A DNA stretch of 64,000 nt from an uncultured beta proteobacterium (GTDB taxonomy: Bacteria > Pseudomonadota > Gammaproteobacteria > Burkholderiales > Burkholderiaceae_C). Both the position numbers and the translations under genes were made by a program. Every line of letters begins with the position of its first letter. Positions within the stretch are counted from its first letter, which is position 1. Where the stretch lies: the NCBI GenBank assembly GCA_963756415.1, contig CAVWNT010000010.1, positions 72,920 through 136,919 of the forward strand. Reading direction: 5' to 3'. Under the pieces are notes generated by a model that saw only the letters and a list, made by a program, of their open reading frames with translations, did no database searches and was not told where the DNA came from. Shown here one piece after another: positions 34,937 to 45,625 of the stretch.

Positions 34937-36085
34937 ATGCCCACCGCGCCGTCTTCCTGCTGGATCGAAACCGAGCAGGGCGCGGCCGTGGTGCATCTGG
35001 CCGGTGCCTGGCGCCTGGCGGCCCTGCAGGCGCTGGCCGGTGCGCTTGCCGCCAGCGTGGGCCAGCTCGCGCCGCACGCGGGCAAGGATGCGCCGGTGCT
35101 GGTGGTCGATGGCCGGGCGCTGGAGCACATCGACACCGCCGGCGCGCTGCTGGTGCTGGCCGCGCTTCAGGATGCCGGCCGCGATGTCGCGCAGCTCGAA
35201 TTGCGCGGCTTCGATGCCAGCCACCGCCGCATCGTCGAGGCGGTGCGCGAGCGCCTCGACGACACCCGCGTCGACGCGCTGCCATCCGCGCCCGGCGCGC
35301 TGGCGCAGCTGGGCCGGGCCGTCAGCCGGCTCGGCGGCGTGCTCGGCGGCCATGTCGAGTTCCTGGGCCGCACGCTGGCCAGCGCCGCGCACACGCTGTT
35401 GCACCCGCGCACGCTGCGCCTGAAGGAGACCTTTGCTCAGCTCGGCCAGGTGGGCGTGCGCTCGATCCCGGTGGTGATACTGGTGACCTTCCTGATCGGC
35501 GTGGTGATGGCCTACATGCTCGGGCTGCAGGCCGAAAAATACGGCGCCAACATCTTCGTCGTCGATGGCGTCGCGCTCGGCATCACGCGCGAGTTCTCGC
35601 CGCTGATCGTGGCCACCATCCTGGCCGGCCGTTCCGGCGCGGCCTTCACTGCGCAGCTGGGCACGATGAAGCTGACCGAGGAGATCGACGCCATCCGCAC
35701 GCTCGGCCTCGATGCCATGCAGGTGCTGGTGCTGCCGCGCGTGCTGGCGCTGGTGCTCACGCTGCCGCTGCTGGTCTTCGTCGGCGACGTCGCCGGCCTG
35801 GCCGGCTCGATGCTGATGGCCGCCGGCACGCTCGACATCTCACCGCAGGCGTTTCTCGACCGGCTGCATGTGGCACTCAAGCCGCGCCACTACCTGATCG
35901 GCCTGGCCAAGGCACCGGTGTTCGCGCTGTTCATCGCGGTCATCGGTTGCCGCATGGGGCTGTCGGTGAGCCGCGATACACGCTCGATCGGCGTCAACAC
36001 GACCTCGACGGTGGTGCAGGGCATCGTCGCGGTGATCCTGATCGACGCGCTGTTCGCGGTCGTGCTGCAGGCGGTCAGTCTGTGA
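34937..36085 (+). CDS. MlaE-family ABC permease with N-terminal STAS domain
   Basis: HIDTAGA (STAS), REFSPL, AGRSGAAFTAQLGTMKLTEEIDA, NTTSTVV. Confidence 0.9.
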   Translation: MPTAPSSCWIETEQGAAVVHLAGAWRLAALQALAGALAASVGQLAPHAGKDAPVLVVDGRALEHIDTAGALLVLAALQDAGRDVAQLELRGFDASHRRIVEAVRERLDDTRVDALPSAPGALAQLGRAVSRLGGVLGGHVEFLGRTLASAAHTLLHPRTLRLKETFAQLGQVGVRSIPVVILVTFLIGVVMAYMLGLQAEKYGANIFVVDGVALGITREFSPLIVATILAGRSGAAFTAQLGTMKLTEEIDAIRTLGLDAMQVLVLPRVLALVLTLPLLVFVGDVAGLAGSMLMAAGTLDISPQAFLDRLHVALKPRHYLIGLAKAPVFALFIAVIGCRMGLSVSRDTRSIGVNTTSTVVQGIVAVILIDALFAVVLQAVSL

Positions 36086-36963
36086 ACGTGCCCGGCGACG
36101 GCTGCGGCCGCGACCGGGCCGCCGACGCCGCGCGCGACGTCGTCATCGACGTCGCGGGCCTGAGCACCCGCTTCGGCCAGCAGATGGTGCACGAGCAGCT
36201 CGATCTGCAGATCCGGCGCGGCGAACTGGTGGCGCTGATCGGCGGCAGCGGCACCGGCAAATCGGTGCTGCTGCGCGAGATCCTCGGTCTGCACCGGCCC
36301 AGCCAGGGCAGCGTGCACGTGCTCGGCACCGACATGTGGGGCTCTGAGGAAGAAGCCCTCGCGGCCACCCGCAAGCGCTTCGGCATGATGTTCCAGGAAG
36401 GCGCGCTGTTCTCGTCGCTGAGCGTGGCCGCCAACGTGGCCACGCCGCTGATCGAACACACGAACACGCCGGCCGAGTTGCTGCCACGGTTGGTCAACCT
36501 GCGCCTGGCGTTGGCGGGACTGAGCGCCGATGTCGGCCCGAAGATGCCGGCGCAGCTGTCCGGCGGCATGAAAAAGCGCGCCGCGTTGGCGCGCGCACTG
36601 GCGCTCGAGCCCGAGGTGCTGTTTCTCGACGAGCCCACCTCCGGGCTCGACCCGATCACCGCGCGCGCATTCGACCAGCTGATCGCGTTCCTGAACCGCG
36701 ACCTGGGGCTGACCGTGCTGCTGGTGACCCATGACCTGGACACGCTGCTGTCGATCGCCGGGCGGGTGGTGGTGCTCGGCAACGGCAAGGTGCTGGCCGA
36801 CGGCACGGTCGACGAGGTGATGGCCTTCGATGACCCGTGGATACAATCGTATTTCTCGTCGCGCCAGAGCCGCAATGGCGCGCACACGCGCCCTGCCGGC
36901 GCCGCAGCGCACACCGCCACGCCGGTCGCATCAACGACACAACCCGCACACGATGGAGCCTGA
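36082..36963 (+). CDS. MlaF-family ABC ATP-binding protein
   Basis: GGSGTGKS, LSGGMKKR, LDEPTSGLD, VTHD. GTGA overlap with the permease. Confidence 0.92.
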   Translation: MNVPGDGCGRDRAADAARDVVIDVAGLSTRFGQQMVHEQLDLQIRRGELVALIGGSGTGKSVLLREILGLHRPSQGSVHVLGTDMWGSEEEALAATRKRFGMMFQEGALFSSLSVAANVATPLIEHTNTPAELLPRLVNLRLALAGLSADVGPKMPAQLSGGMKKRAALARALALEPEVLFLDEPTSGLDPITARAFDQLIAFLNRDLGLTVLLVTHDLDTLLSIAGRVVVLGNGKVLADGTVDEVMAFDDPWIQSYFSSRQSRNGAHTRPAGAAAHTATPVASTTQPAHDGA

Positions 36964-37951
36964 AGCACGCTACACAGTCATCGGTGCGGTGGTGCTGGCC
37001 CTGATCGGCGCCGCCATCGCCACCTTCCTGTGGTTGAGCAGCAGCGGCCGCAGTTCCGATTTCCGCTATTTTTCGGTGGTTTTCAGGCACCAGTCGCTGG
37101 ACGGGCTGCAGGTGGGGGGCAACGTCAACATGCGCGGCATCACCGTCGGCCGCGTCGAAAGCTATTCACTCGGCGCCGATGCCAACCGGGTCAACGTCGT
37201 GGTGCGCGTCGGCCGCGACACGCCGGTGCACCAGAACACCAAGGCATCGGTCTCGCGCAACGTGCTGACCGGCATCGCGCGCATCAACCTGGCCACGCCG
37301 AACACGCCCAGTCCCGATCTGGTCGCCGCACCGCCCGGTGAACCCTATCCGGTGATTGCCGAAGGCGCGTCCAACTTCGACCAGATCACCGATTCGGTGA
37401 ACCAGCTCGCGGCCGAGGCCAGCACCGCGCTGGTCGGCGTCAACAAGCTGTTGGCGCCACCGAACCAGCAGATGGTGACCGAGTTGCTGACCAGCACGCG
37501 TGACCTGGCAAGAGATCTCGACAAGCGTGTGCAGCAGCTCGATCGCACGATGCGCGTGGTCGACGACAGCGGGCTGGCGTTTCAGCGCGCCGCCGGCGAC
37601 ATCGCCCGCGCGACGCAGGGCCTGGTCAATGAGCTGAAGCCGGTGGCGCAGGAAGGCGGCGTCACGCTGCGCGAGGTGCAGGCGACATTGCGCACCTTCA
37701 CGCAGGACACGCGTGCACTGCAGACTGATCTGACGAACGCCGTCAAGCGCCTCGAACAGGCCAGCACCGCGATGCTGGCCAATGCCGACAACGCGCTCGA
37801 CAGCGGTGCGCTCGAGCTGCGCGCCACCGCCACCGAGCTGCGCAACAGCGCGCAGATCGTCTCGCGCACGCTCGATCGCCTGCAGGATCCGCGCGCCGCG
37901 TTGCTGGGTGCCGACAAAGCGCAGCTGGGTCCCGGCGAGGCGTTGCCGTGA
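36953..37951 (+). CDS. MlaD/MCE-family protein with long coiled coil
   Basis: MEPEARYTVIG, TM anchor, DGLQVGGNVNMRGITVGRV, helical C-terminus ending LGPGE. Confidence 0.88.
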   Translation: MEPEARYTVIGAVVLALIGAAIATFLWLSSSGRSSDFRYFSVVFRHQSLDGLQVGGNVNMRGITVGRVESYSLGADANRVNVVVRVGRDTPVHQNTKASVSRNVLTGIARINLATPNTPSPDLVAAPPGEPYPVIAEGASNFDQITDSVNQLAAEASTALVGVNKLLAPPNQQMVTELLTSTRDLARDLDKRVQQLDRTMRVVDDSGLAFQRAAGDIARATQGLVNELKPVAQEGGVTLREVQATLRTFTQDTRALQTDLTNAVKRLEQASTAMLANADNALDSGALELRATATELRNSAQIVSRTLDRLQDPRAALLGADKAQLGPGEALP

Positions 37952-38647
37952 GGCGGCCGGTGCGCCGTTTGCCGGCTCCCGCAGTGCCGGCCTGCGCAGT
38001 GCCGGGCTCACGCCGACCCGCGACGTACCCCGCCCGACGCACCGTGCTCGCGCTGGCTGTCGGCAGCCCGTTGTGGGGCGGGCTGGTTGCCTGTGGCCTG
38101 AACCCGGCACCGGTCGTCGACTACCACACGCTGCGCGACGCCGGCAGCAGCGCGGTGGCGCCGCGCGCGACGCCGCTGTTCGACAAGGTGTTGTTGCTGT
38201 CCGCGGGCGACGCGCCGACGCTGTACGGCACCGATCGCATGGTCTTCAGCCGTGACGGCAACAGCCTGTCGTACTTCCAGTACGGGCGCTGGACCCAGGC
38301 GCCGGCGCGCAGCCTGCTGGCGCTGACCGAGCAGCGGCTGGCGGCGTTCCGGCCTGTACCGCAGCGTGCTGCAAAGCACCTCGGGCGTGCGCGGTGCGCT
38401 GCTGCTGACCTTGCGCCTGGACGAGCTGTATCTGGACGACGCCGCGCAACCGGCACAGGCGCATGTGGCCTTCTCGGTCGATTTGCTGGACTGGGCACAA
38501 CGCAGCCTGATTGCGCGTCGGCAGTTCAGCCGTTCGCAAGCCGCATCGACACGAAATGCGGCCGGTTTCGCGCAGGCCGCTGCGCAGGCGATCGGGGTGC
38601 TGCTCGACGAAGTACAGGCCTGGCTGGCGGACTTGCCGCCCGCCTAG
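37948..38647 (+). CDS. PqiC-like ABC auxiliary lipoprotein, frameshifted
   Basis: RRTVLALA...LVAC lipobox, YFQYGRWTQAP, LIARRQF. Last gene of the MCE operon. Confidence 0.75.
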
Positions 38648-38660
38648 CGACGAAGCGCGT

Positions 38661-38954
38661 CTACATGCGCGCCAGCGTCCTGCGCGCGCGCTGAAAGAGC
38701 CCCCACCCCCACCACGCGGTACCCGCCCAGCGCAGCACCCGGCGCGGGCGCAGCAGGGCCAGCAAGGTCACCGCACCCAGCGGCCACTGCGGATTCATCA
38801 GCAACCAATCGATCGCGTCGCGCGCCTTGTCGACGTAGCCCAGCGGCTGGCGCAGCACCTGCGCTTGGGCGGCCACGTCTGCGCGCAAGCGCTGGCTGCG
38901 CTGCGTCAACCGCGCCAGGCGATACTCGAGGCTTTCAGAGCTCGGCGTGTTCAT
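38661..38954 (-). CDS. YqjK-family protein
   Basis: RSQRLR...RPRRVLRWAGTAWWGW. Follows the yqjE-like gene. Confidence 0.7.
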   Translation of the reverse strand: MNTPSSESLEYRLARLTQRSQRLRADVAAQAQVLRQPLGYVDKARDAIDWLLMNPQWPLGAVTLLALLRPRRVLRWAGTAWWGWGLFQRARRTLARM

Positions 38955-39333
38955 CGTGAGGCGGGCCGAGCGCGGCGCGGTCACGCCGCAGCTCGGCGCT
39001 GCTGGTGGCCAGCACCGGCGCACCCTGGTGCAGCTGGCGGCGCGCCGCCAGCAACAGCCACACACCGGCGGCCAGCGTGGCCGCGGCCAGCCCGCCGATG
39101 GCCACCAGCCGGTGTTGGTCCCACAGCAGCAGCAGCACAAAACCGACCAGCAGGGTCATGCCCAGACCGAGCAGCAACGCACCCAGCAGCATGCGCAGCA
39201 ACACGTCGGCGAGGTGCCGCTTCTGGATCTCGAGATCGACGACCAGCAGTTCGAGACGAACGCTGGCCAGTTCGAGCGCCGTCAGCGACAGCTGGCGCAG
39301 CGACTCGAACAAACCGGTACGCGTCGCGCGCAT
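38935..39333 (-). CDS. YqjE/DUF1469-family membrane protein
   Basis: VRLELLVVDLE, two TM helices, ELRRD. Synteny with elaB and yqjK. Confidence 0.75.
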   Translation of the reverse strand: MRATRTGLFESLRQLSLTALELASVRLELLVVDLEIQKRHLADVLLRMLLGALLLGLGMTLLVGFVLLLLWDQHRLVAIGGLAAATLAAGVWLLLAARRQLHQGAPVLATSSAELRRDRAALGPPHDEHAEL

Positions 39334-39352
39334 GTCCGGCGGGGCGCCGATG

Positions 39353-39664
39353 TCAGCGCCGGCTCAACAGCATGCCGATGATGAGACCGAAACCGGCGGC
39401 AGCCGCCACTGCTTTCCACGGATGATCGTGCACATAGTCATCGGTGGCCGCGCCGGCAGCGCGTGCGCGCGCCACCGCTGAAGCCTGCATGTGCGACAGG
39501 CTGTCGCGCGCCTGGCTCAGCCGCGCATGCATGCGCGAGCGCAATTCAGCGGCGCCTTCATTGGCCTGGTCGGCGGTGACACGCAGCACCTCTTCGGCAT
39601 CCGAGATGACAGTGCGCAGATCAGCCATCAGTTTTTCCTTGTGTTCGGCGCTCAGCTCGCTCAT
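39353..39664 (-). CDS. ElaB/YqjD/DUF883 family tail-anchored protein
   Basis: KLMADLRTVISDAEE, TDDYVHDHPW, GLIIGMLLSRR. RBS AGGAG. Confidence 0.9.
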   Translation of the reverse strand: MSELSAEHKEKLMADLRTVISDAEEVLRVTADQANEGAAELRSRMHARLSQARDSLSHMQASAVARARAAGAATDDYVHDHPWKAVAAAAGFGLIIGMLLSRR

Positions 39665-39710
39665 CGGTGGCTCCTGTTGAAAGTCGATCGGTGATCCTAG
39701 CAGCACCGCT

Positions 39711-40486
39711 TCAGCCGCGGCCGACGAACGGCATCTTCGTCGCCATGACGGTCATGAACAGCACGTTCGCGTCGAGCGGCAGGTTCGCCATGTGCAGCGA
39801 CCGACTTCGCCGACGTGCTGCACGTCCATCGCGGCTCGACCTCGATGCGCCGTTCGCCTGCGGCACGCCGTGCGTCATGCGCGCGGTCATGTCGGTGAGC
39901 GGCGTTGCCGATGTCGATCTGGCCGCAGGCGATGTCGTACTTGCGGCCGTCGAGCGCGGTGCGACTTGGTCAGGCCGGTGATGGCGTGCTTGGTGGCGGT
40001 GTAGGGCGCCGAATTGGGCCGCGGCGCGTGCGCCGAGATCGAGCCGTTGTTGATGATGCGCCCGCCCTTCGGCGTCTGCGCCTTCATGATGCGAATCGCG
40101 TGCTGCGTGCACAGGAACGCGCCGGTCAGGTTGATGTCGACGACCTCGCGCCACTGCTCGAAGGTCAGGTCTTCGAGCGGCACCGGCGGCGCGCCCATGC
40201 CGGCGTTGTTGAACAGCACGTCGAGGCGGCCGAACCGCTTGACGAGCGTGTCGAACAGCGCGTCCACCGAATCAGGCTGCGTCATGTCGGCGCTGACGCC
40301 CACCGCCCGCTGCGCGATGTCGCCGAAGGGATCGCCGGCCGAGGCGATGGCGGCCTCGAGCAACTCCTGGCGGCGGCCGGTGAGGACGACGCGCCAGCCG
40401 TCCTGCAGCAAGGCCACGGCGCAGGCCTTGCCGATGCCGGTGCCTGCGCCGGTGATCAGTGCGATGCGGTTGTGCGGGGTGCTCAT
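39711..40486 (-). CDS. SDR family oxidoreductase, frameshifted
   Basis: [31 protein letters not shown]-terminal [11 protein letters not shown]. Confidence 0.88.
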
Positions 40487-40542
40487 GACAAAGGTCTCCT
40501 TGATGCTGTTTGCAAGATGGTCGCTGGCGAGCCGTCCGAAGC

Positions 40543-40995
40543 TCAGCCGCTGGCGCGCCGTGCCAGGCCTTCGATGGCCAATGCATAACCGTCGATGCCG
40601 AAGCCGACGACGATGCCCTGCACCACCGGCGACAGGTACGAATGGTGGCGGAAGGGCTCACGCGCATGAACGTTGCTGATGTGCACCTCGATCACCGGCA
40701 CGCCGGTGCCCTTGATGGCATCGTGCAGCGCCACGCTGGTGTGCGTGAACGCGCCGGCGTTGAAGACCACGCCCAGCAGGCTGCCATCACGCTGCGCTGC
40801 GCCAGCCTCGTGCAGCCAGTCGATGAGCACACCTTCGTGGTTGCTCTGGCGAAAGTCCACCCCATGACCCAGTCGCGCGGCAGTGGCTTCGCACAGCACG
40901 CGCACGTCGTCGAGCGTGGCTGCGCCGTACACCGCCGGCTCGCGGCGGCCGAGCAGGTTCAGGTTCGGACCGTTGAGGATGAGGATCGTGGCCAT
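40543..40995 (-). CDS. aroQ: Type II 3-dehydroquinate dehydratase
   Basis: [52 protein letters not shown]. Confidence 0.95.
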   Translation of the reverse strand: MATILILNGPNLNLLGRREPAVYGAATLDDVRVLCEATAARLGHGVDFRQSNHEGVLIDWLHEAGAAQRDGSLLGVVFNAGAFTHTSVALHDAIKGTGVPVIEVHISNVHAREPFRHHSYLSPVVQGIVVGFGIDGYALAIEGLARRASG

Positions 40996-41111
40996 CGACA
41001 CAAAGCAACCCGCGGGGCCTACCGGACCCCGCTCGGACGCAAGTATGGCCGAGACAAGATGGCACACTGCGCCGCATCGCCATCCGCCCCGTGCCCAGCC
41101 GGGCGTTGCCC

Positions 41112-41243
41112 ATGACCCAAGCCCTCATCGTCGAGTTCCGCACCAGCCGCACGTTTGCCGAAACCTCCGCTGCGGCCAGCGTCGACCACGCACGCGCCGT
41201 GCGCGAGACCGAGCGCGGCTGCCGCAGCCGGGTGGCGCCGTGA
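41112..41243 (+). pseudogene. 43-aa ORF resembling the N-terminal half of an ABM/quinol monooxygenase-family protein
   Basis: [43 protein letters not shown]. The stop overlaps the otnK GTG start (GTGA). Confidence 0.4.
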
Positions 41244-42509
41244 AGCTCGGCTGCATCGCCGACGACTTCACCGGCGGCACCGACCTGGCCAACAACCTGG
41301 TGCGCGCCGGCATGCGCACGGTGCAGTTGATCGGCGTGCCCGCAGCCGGCGACGACGCGCCCGACGCCGATGCGCTGGTGGTGGCGTTGAAGTCGCGCAC
41401 CGCACCGGTCGCCGAGGCGTGCGCCGAATCGCTGGCCGCGGCTCGCTGGCTGCGCGCCGCGGGTGCCGAACAGATCTACTTCAAGGTCTGCTCGACCTTC
41501 GATTCGACGCCGCAGGGCAACATCGGCCCGGTCACCGAAGCGCTGATGGACGAGCTGGGCGCCGACTTCGTGGTCATCACGCCGGCCTTTCCCGAGAACG
41601 GCCGCACCGTCGTCAAGGGCCACCTGTTCGTCGGCGACATGCTGCTGTCCGACAGCTCGATGCGCCACCATCCGCTGACACCGATGACCGACGCCAGCCT
41701 GGTGCGCGTGATGCAGGCGCAGCTCGATGGCCGGCGCGGCCGCCAGGTCGGCCTGATCGACTACCGCAGCGTCGGCGCGGGTGCCGAGGCGATCGGCCGG
41801 CGCATCGCCGAACTGCGCGCTGCCGGCATCTCGATGGCGATCGTCGATGCGCTCGACGATGACGACCTGCGCACCTTGGCGACGGCCTCGGCGCAGCTGC
41901 CGTTGGTGGTCGCCGGCTCGGGGCTGGCGATCGGCATCCCGGCGCTGCACGGCCTGCACGCCGATGCGCAGGCGGCACGACTGCCCGCGGCCGGCGGCAC
42001 GCGGGCCATCGTCTCGGGCAGCTGTTCGGCGGCCACCAACGCGCAGGTGGCGGCGTTCATCGCGGCTGGCGGCGCGGCCTTCGCGATCGACCCGCTGCAG
42101 CTCGCGGCGGGCCGTGATCTGGCCGCGGACGCATTGGCCTGGGCCGCCCCGCGATTGCCACAGGGCGCGCTGCTGGTGCATGCCACCGCATCGGCCGATG
42201 CGGTGCGGGCGGTGCAGCAGCAACTCGGTGCCGAGCGCGCCGGCGCGCTGGTTGAAGACACGCTCGCGCGCATCGCCAGCGGCCTGGTGCGCGCCGGCGT
42301 CGGCCAGTTGATCGTCGCCGGCGGCGAGACGTCAGGCGCCTGCGTCAAGTCGCTGGGCATCTCGCAGCTGCGCATCGGCCCGCAGATCGACCCCGGCGTG
42401 CCCTGGTGCCACGCCGCCACGCCGCAGCGCGCGGGCGGCTGCACCTGGCGCTGAAGTCGGGCAACTTCGGCGGCGCGATTTCTTCACGCGCGCCTTCGAG
42501 CTGCTGTGA
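41240..42509 (+). CDS. otnK: 3-oxo-tetronate kinase (DUF1537 four-carbon acid sugar kinase), C-terminal frameshift
   Basis: LGCIADDFTGGTD, ALKSRT, YFKVCSTFDST, GNIGP, HHPLTPMTD, AGGETSG, LKSGNFG. Confidence 0.92.
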
Positions 42510-43181
42510 GCGACCGGCCCGCTTGGCGACAGCAGCGCGCTGCGCGACGAGATCTGCCGTGTCGGCCGCTCGCTGTACGAGCGCGGGTACGTGCACGCCA
42601 GCGCCGGCAACATCAGCGTGCGCCTGGACGACGGCTTCCTGATCACGCCCACCGATGCCTGCCTGGGCACGCTCGATGCCGGCGACCTGGCGCGCATCGA
42701 TGGCCATGGCCAGCAGAGCGGCGGCGCACGCGCCAGCAAGACGCTGGCGCTGCACCGGCGCATCTACGCCGCGGCGCCCGATGCGCGTTGCGTGATCCAC
42801 ACGCACAGCACGCACCTGGTGGCGTTGAGCCTGCAGGGCGTGTGGCACGACGACGACATCGTGCCGCCGATCACGCCGTACTTCGTGATGAAGGTCGGCC
42901 ACGTGCCGCTGATCCCCTACCACGCACCGGGCGATGCCGCGGTGGGCGAACGGGTCGCGCAGCGCGTCGCGGCGATGGCTGCGCGCGGCACGCCGATCCG
43001 CGCGGTGATGCTCGATCGGCTGGGCCCGATCGTGTGGCACCGCAGCCCCGCCGAGGCGAGCGCGGTGCTCGAGGAACTGGAACAGACGGCACGCCTGTGG
43101 CTGCTGTGCACGCCGGCGCCGGCGCCACTGGACGCGGCGCAGATCGAGGTGCTGCGCCAGCGCTTCGGCGCGGCCTGGTAG
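42506..43181 (+). CDS. otnC: 3-oxo-tetronate 4-phosphate decarboxylase (class II aldolase family), N-terminal frameshift
   Basis: SAGNISVRL, ITPTDACLG, HTHSTH, PITPYFVMKVG, EELEQTARL. Follows otnK. Confidence 0.85.
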
Positions 43182-43186
43182 GCGCC

Positions 43187-43305
43187 GGCCTCAGATCGCG
43201 CGGCGGCGCGGGCCTCAGATCGCGCCGGCGGCGGGGCCTCAGATCGCGCCGGCGGCGGGGCCTCAGATCGCGCTGGCGGCGGGGCCTCAGATCGCGCTGG
43301 CGGCG
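43187..43305. repeat. Tandem repeat, about 5 x 24 bp (GGCCTCAGATCGCGCYGGCGGCGG)
   Basis: Copies start at 43187, 43211, 43235, 43259 and 43283, with no spacers. The last copy is the 3' end and stop codon of the CoA-transferase gene. Confidence 0.95.
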
Positions 43306-44478
43306 CGAAGCGTGGCGATCTCGTCGCCCGACAGCCCGAGTTCGGACAGGATCGAATCGGTGTGCTCGCCGACCCGCGGCACCGCCTGCATGCACGCATC
43401 GCCGGCGCGCTGCCCCGGCGGCCACAGCGCGGGCAAGGCGCCGGCCGGCGAATCGACCTCGGTCCAGCGATCGCGTGCGCGCAGCTGGGCATGCGCCCAC
43501 AGGCCCTGCATGTCGTTGACCTGCGCATTGGCGATCTGCGCCGCGTCGAGCCTGCGCACCACCTCGTCGGTGCGCAGCGGTGCAAAAGCCTCGGCGATGA
43601 GCCCGTGCAGCACCTCGCGCTGCTGGTTGCGCAGGCCGTTGTCGGCAAAGCGCGGGTCATCGGCCAGGGCCGGCTGCTGCAACACCTGTTCGCAAAAGCG
43701 CCGCCATTCGCGCTCGTTCTGCGCGCCCAGCATCACGCTGCCGCCGTCCCCCACCGGGTACGGGCCGTAGGGCGAAATGGTCGGGTGCGCGGCGCCGCTG
43801 CGCGGCGGGCCGTCGGCACCGTCGAACGCGTAGTACATCGGAAACCCCATCCACTCGCCCAGCGCCTCGAGCATCGACACGTCGATGCGCCGCCCCTGGC
43901 CGTCCTGCGCGCGCTGCATCAACGCGGCCAGCACGTTGCTGTAGGCGTACATGCCGGCAGCGATGTCGGCCACCGGCAAGCCGGCCTTGGCCGGCGCTTC
44001 CTGCGCGCCGGTGACCGAGACCAGCCCGGCCTCGCTCTGGATCAGCAGGTCGTAGGCCTTCTTGTCGCGGTAAGGGCCCGGTCGATCGCGATCGTCGCCA
44101 TAGCCGGAGATGTCGCAGACGATGAGGCTGCCCTTCAGCGGCGACAACTGTGCATGCGACAGGCCCAGCCGCGCTGCCGCCCCAGGCCCGAGGTTCTGCA
44201 CCAGCACGTCGGCCTTTTCGATCACCAGCCTTTTCAGCAGCGCCGCCGCAGCCGGCTGCTTCAGGTCGAGCGTGAGGCTTTCCTTGGAGCGGTTGGTCCA
44301 CACGAAATGGGACGACAGCCCGCGCACGCGCTGGTCGTAGCCGCGCGCGAAATCGCCGACACCGGGGCGCTCGATCTTGATCACGCGCGCGCCCAGATCG
44401 GCCAGCTGGCGGGTGGCGAAGGGCGCGGCGATCGGCATGCTCGAGCGCGACGACGGTGATGCCTTGCAGCGGTTGCAT
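43287..44478 (-). CDS. CaiB/BaiF family III CoA-transferase (itaconate CoA-transferase-like), frameshifted
   Basis: AAPFATRQLADLGARVIKIERP, NRSKES, DISGYG, KKAYDLLIQ, ADIAAGMYAY. Confidence 0.88.
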
Positions 44479-44484
44479 GGGGGC

Positions 44485-45349
44485 TCAATCGAAGGTGACG
44501 TGGGCATCCATCGCCAGCGCGCCGTGCGCGTCACCGGCCCACAGATGCAGCGAGCGGCCGTCGGCGGCAGGCGTGCCGCACAGCCGCAGCGGCTGGCCGT
44601 CGAACGACGGCCGCAGCGCCTTGAAGGCAAAGCTGCGCACGCGCGCTTCCGGCACTTCCTGCTGCAGCGCATCGAGCAGCAAGGTGGCGATCAGCGGGCC
44701 GTTCATCACCAGGCCCGGATAGCCTTCGACCTCGGTGACGTAGGGCCGGTCGTAGTGGATGCGGTGGCCGTTGAAGGTCAGTGCGGAATACCGGAACAGC
44801 AGCACCGGATCGGGCATCAGGGTACTGCTGCCACACGGCCGTCCGCCGGCGACGACTGCGTCGGCGGCGGGGGTGCGTTCGGGTCCGGCTCGCGTCGCGA
44901 TAGACGATGTCCTGTTCTTCGGTGATGGCTGGCACGGTACTGTCGTTGCCGAACACCTCGTGCCGCACCTTGACGAACACCAGCCGGCCGCTGCGACCGG
45001 TCTTGTCGCTGATCGATTCGATGGTCGAGACACGGCGCAGTGCATCGCCGATGTGCAGCGGGGCATCGAAGCGGAACTGGCTGCCGGCCCACATGCGCCG
45101 CGGCAACGGCACCGGCGGCATGAACCCGCCGCGCTGCGGATGCCCATCGACATCGATCTGCGACTGCCGGTGCAGCGGCAGGAAGTACAGCCAGTGCCAC
45201 AGCGGCGGCAGCTCGCGGCCCGCCGGCCACGGCTGCGGCGCATGGTCAAGCGTGGCTGCCAGCGCCAGTGCGGGCGTGGCCTGCGCGCTGTCGTGCAGCG
45301 TCTGGCTGCGCCCGACCCAGGCGTCGAGGTTGATGTCCGTGGATGTCAT
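44485..45349 (-). CDS. Double-hotdog dehydratase (itaconyl-/mesaconyl-CoA hydratase-like), frameshifted
   Basis: LPPLWHWLYF, DGHPQRGGFMPP, RRMWAG, EEQDIVYR, LFRYSALTFNGHRIHYD. Confidence 0.88.
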
Positions 45350-45625
45350 GCTCGGCGCTGTCGCCCATCAATGCCAGCCGGAAGCCCTGGATTCGATCGA
45401 GACATGTGCGCTCCTGAAGTGGTGGGCGGATGTGAGCGGCGAGTGCCGGGTGCCGTGGGTCGCGATGTCCTGCAGCACCGGGCGCCAGTATTGCAGCGTG
45501 GAAAGCGCCGAACAACCGCGCTGCGCCAGGCCACCCTGTTTGCCGAGCGGGCACTGCCTGCGGGTGCCCGGCGTACCCGCTTCCTACAATGCCCCGTCAC
45601 GCAGCCCGCTCTTGGAGGACCGACC

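Noticed and set aside
38935-39333. Phage holin or prophage remnant
   Set aside because: It is the chromosomal yqjE-like member of the elaB-yqjE-yqjK trio, and there are no phage genes nearby.
43187-43305. Possible CRISPR array
   Set aside because: The units are directly adjacent with no unique spacers, there are no cas genes, and the unit equals a gene 3' end.
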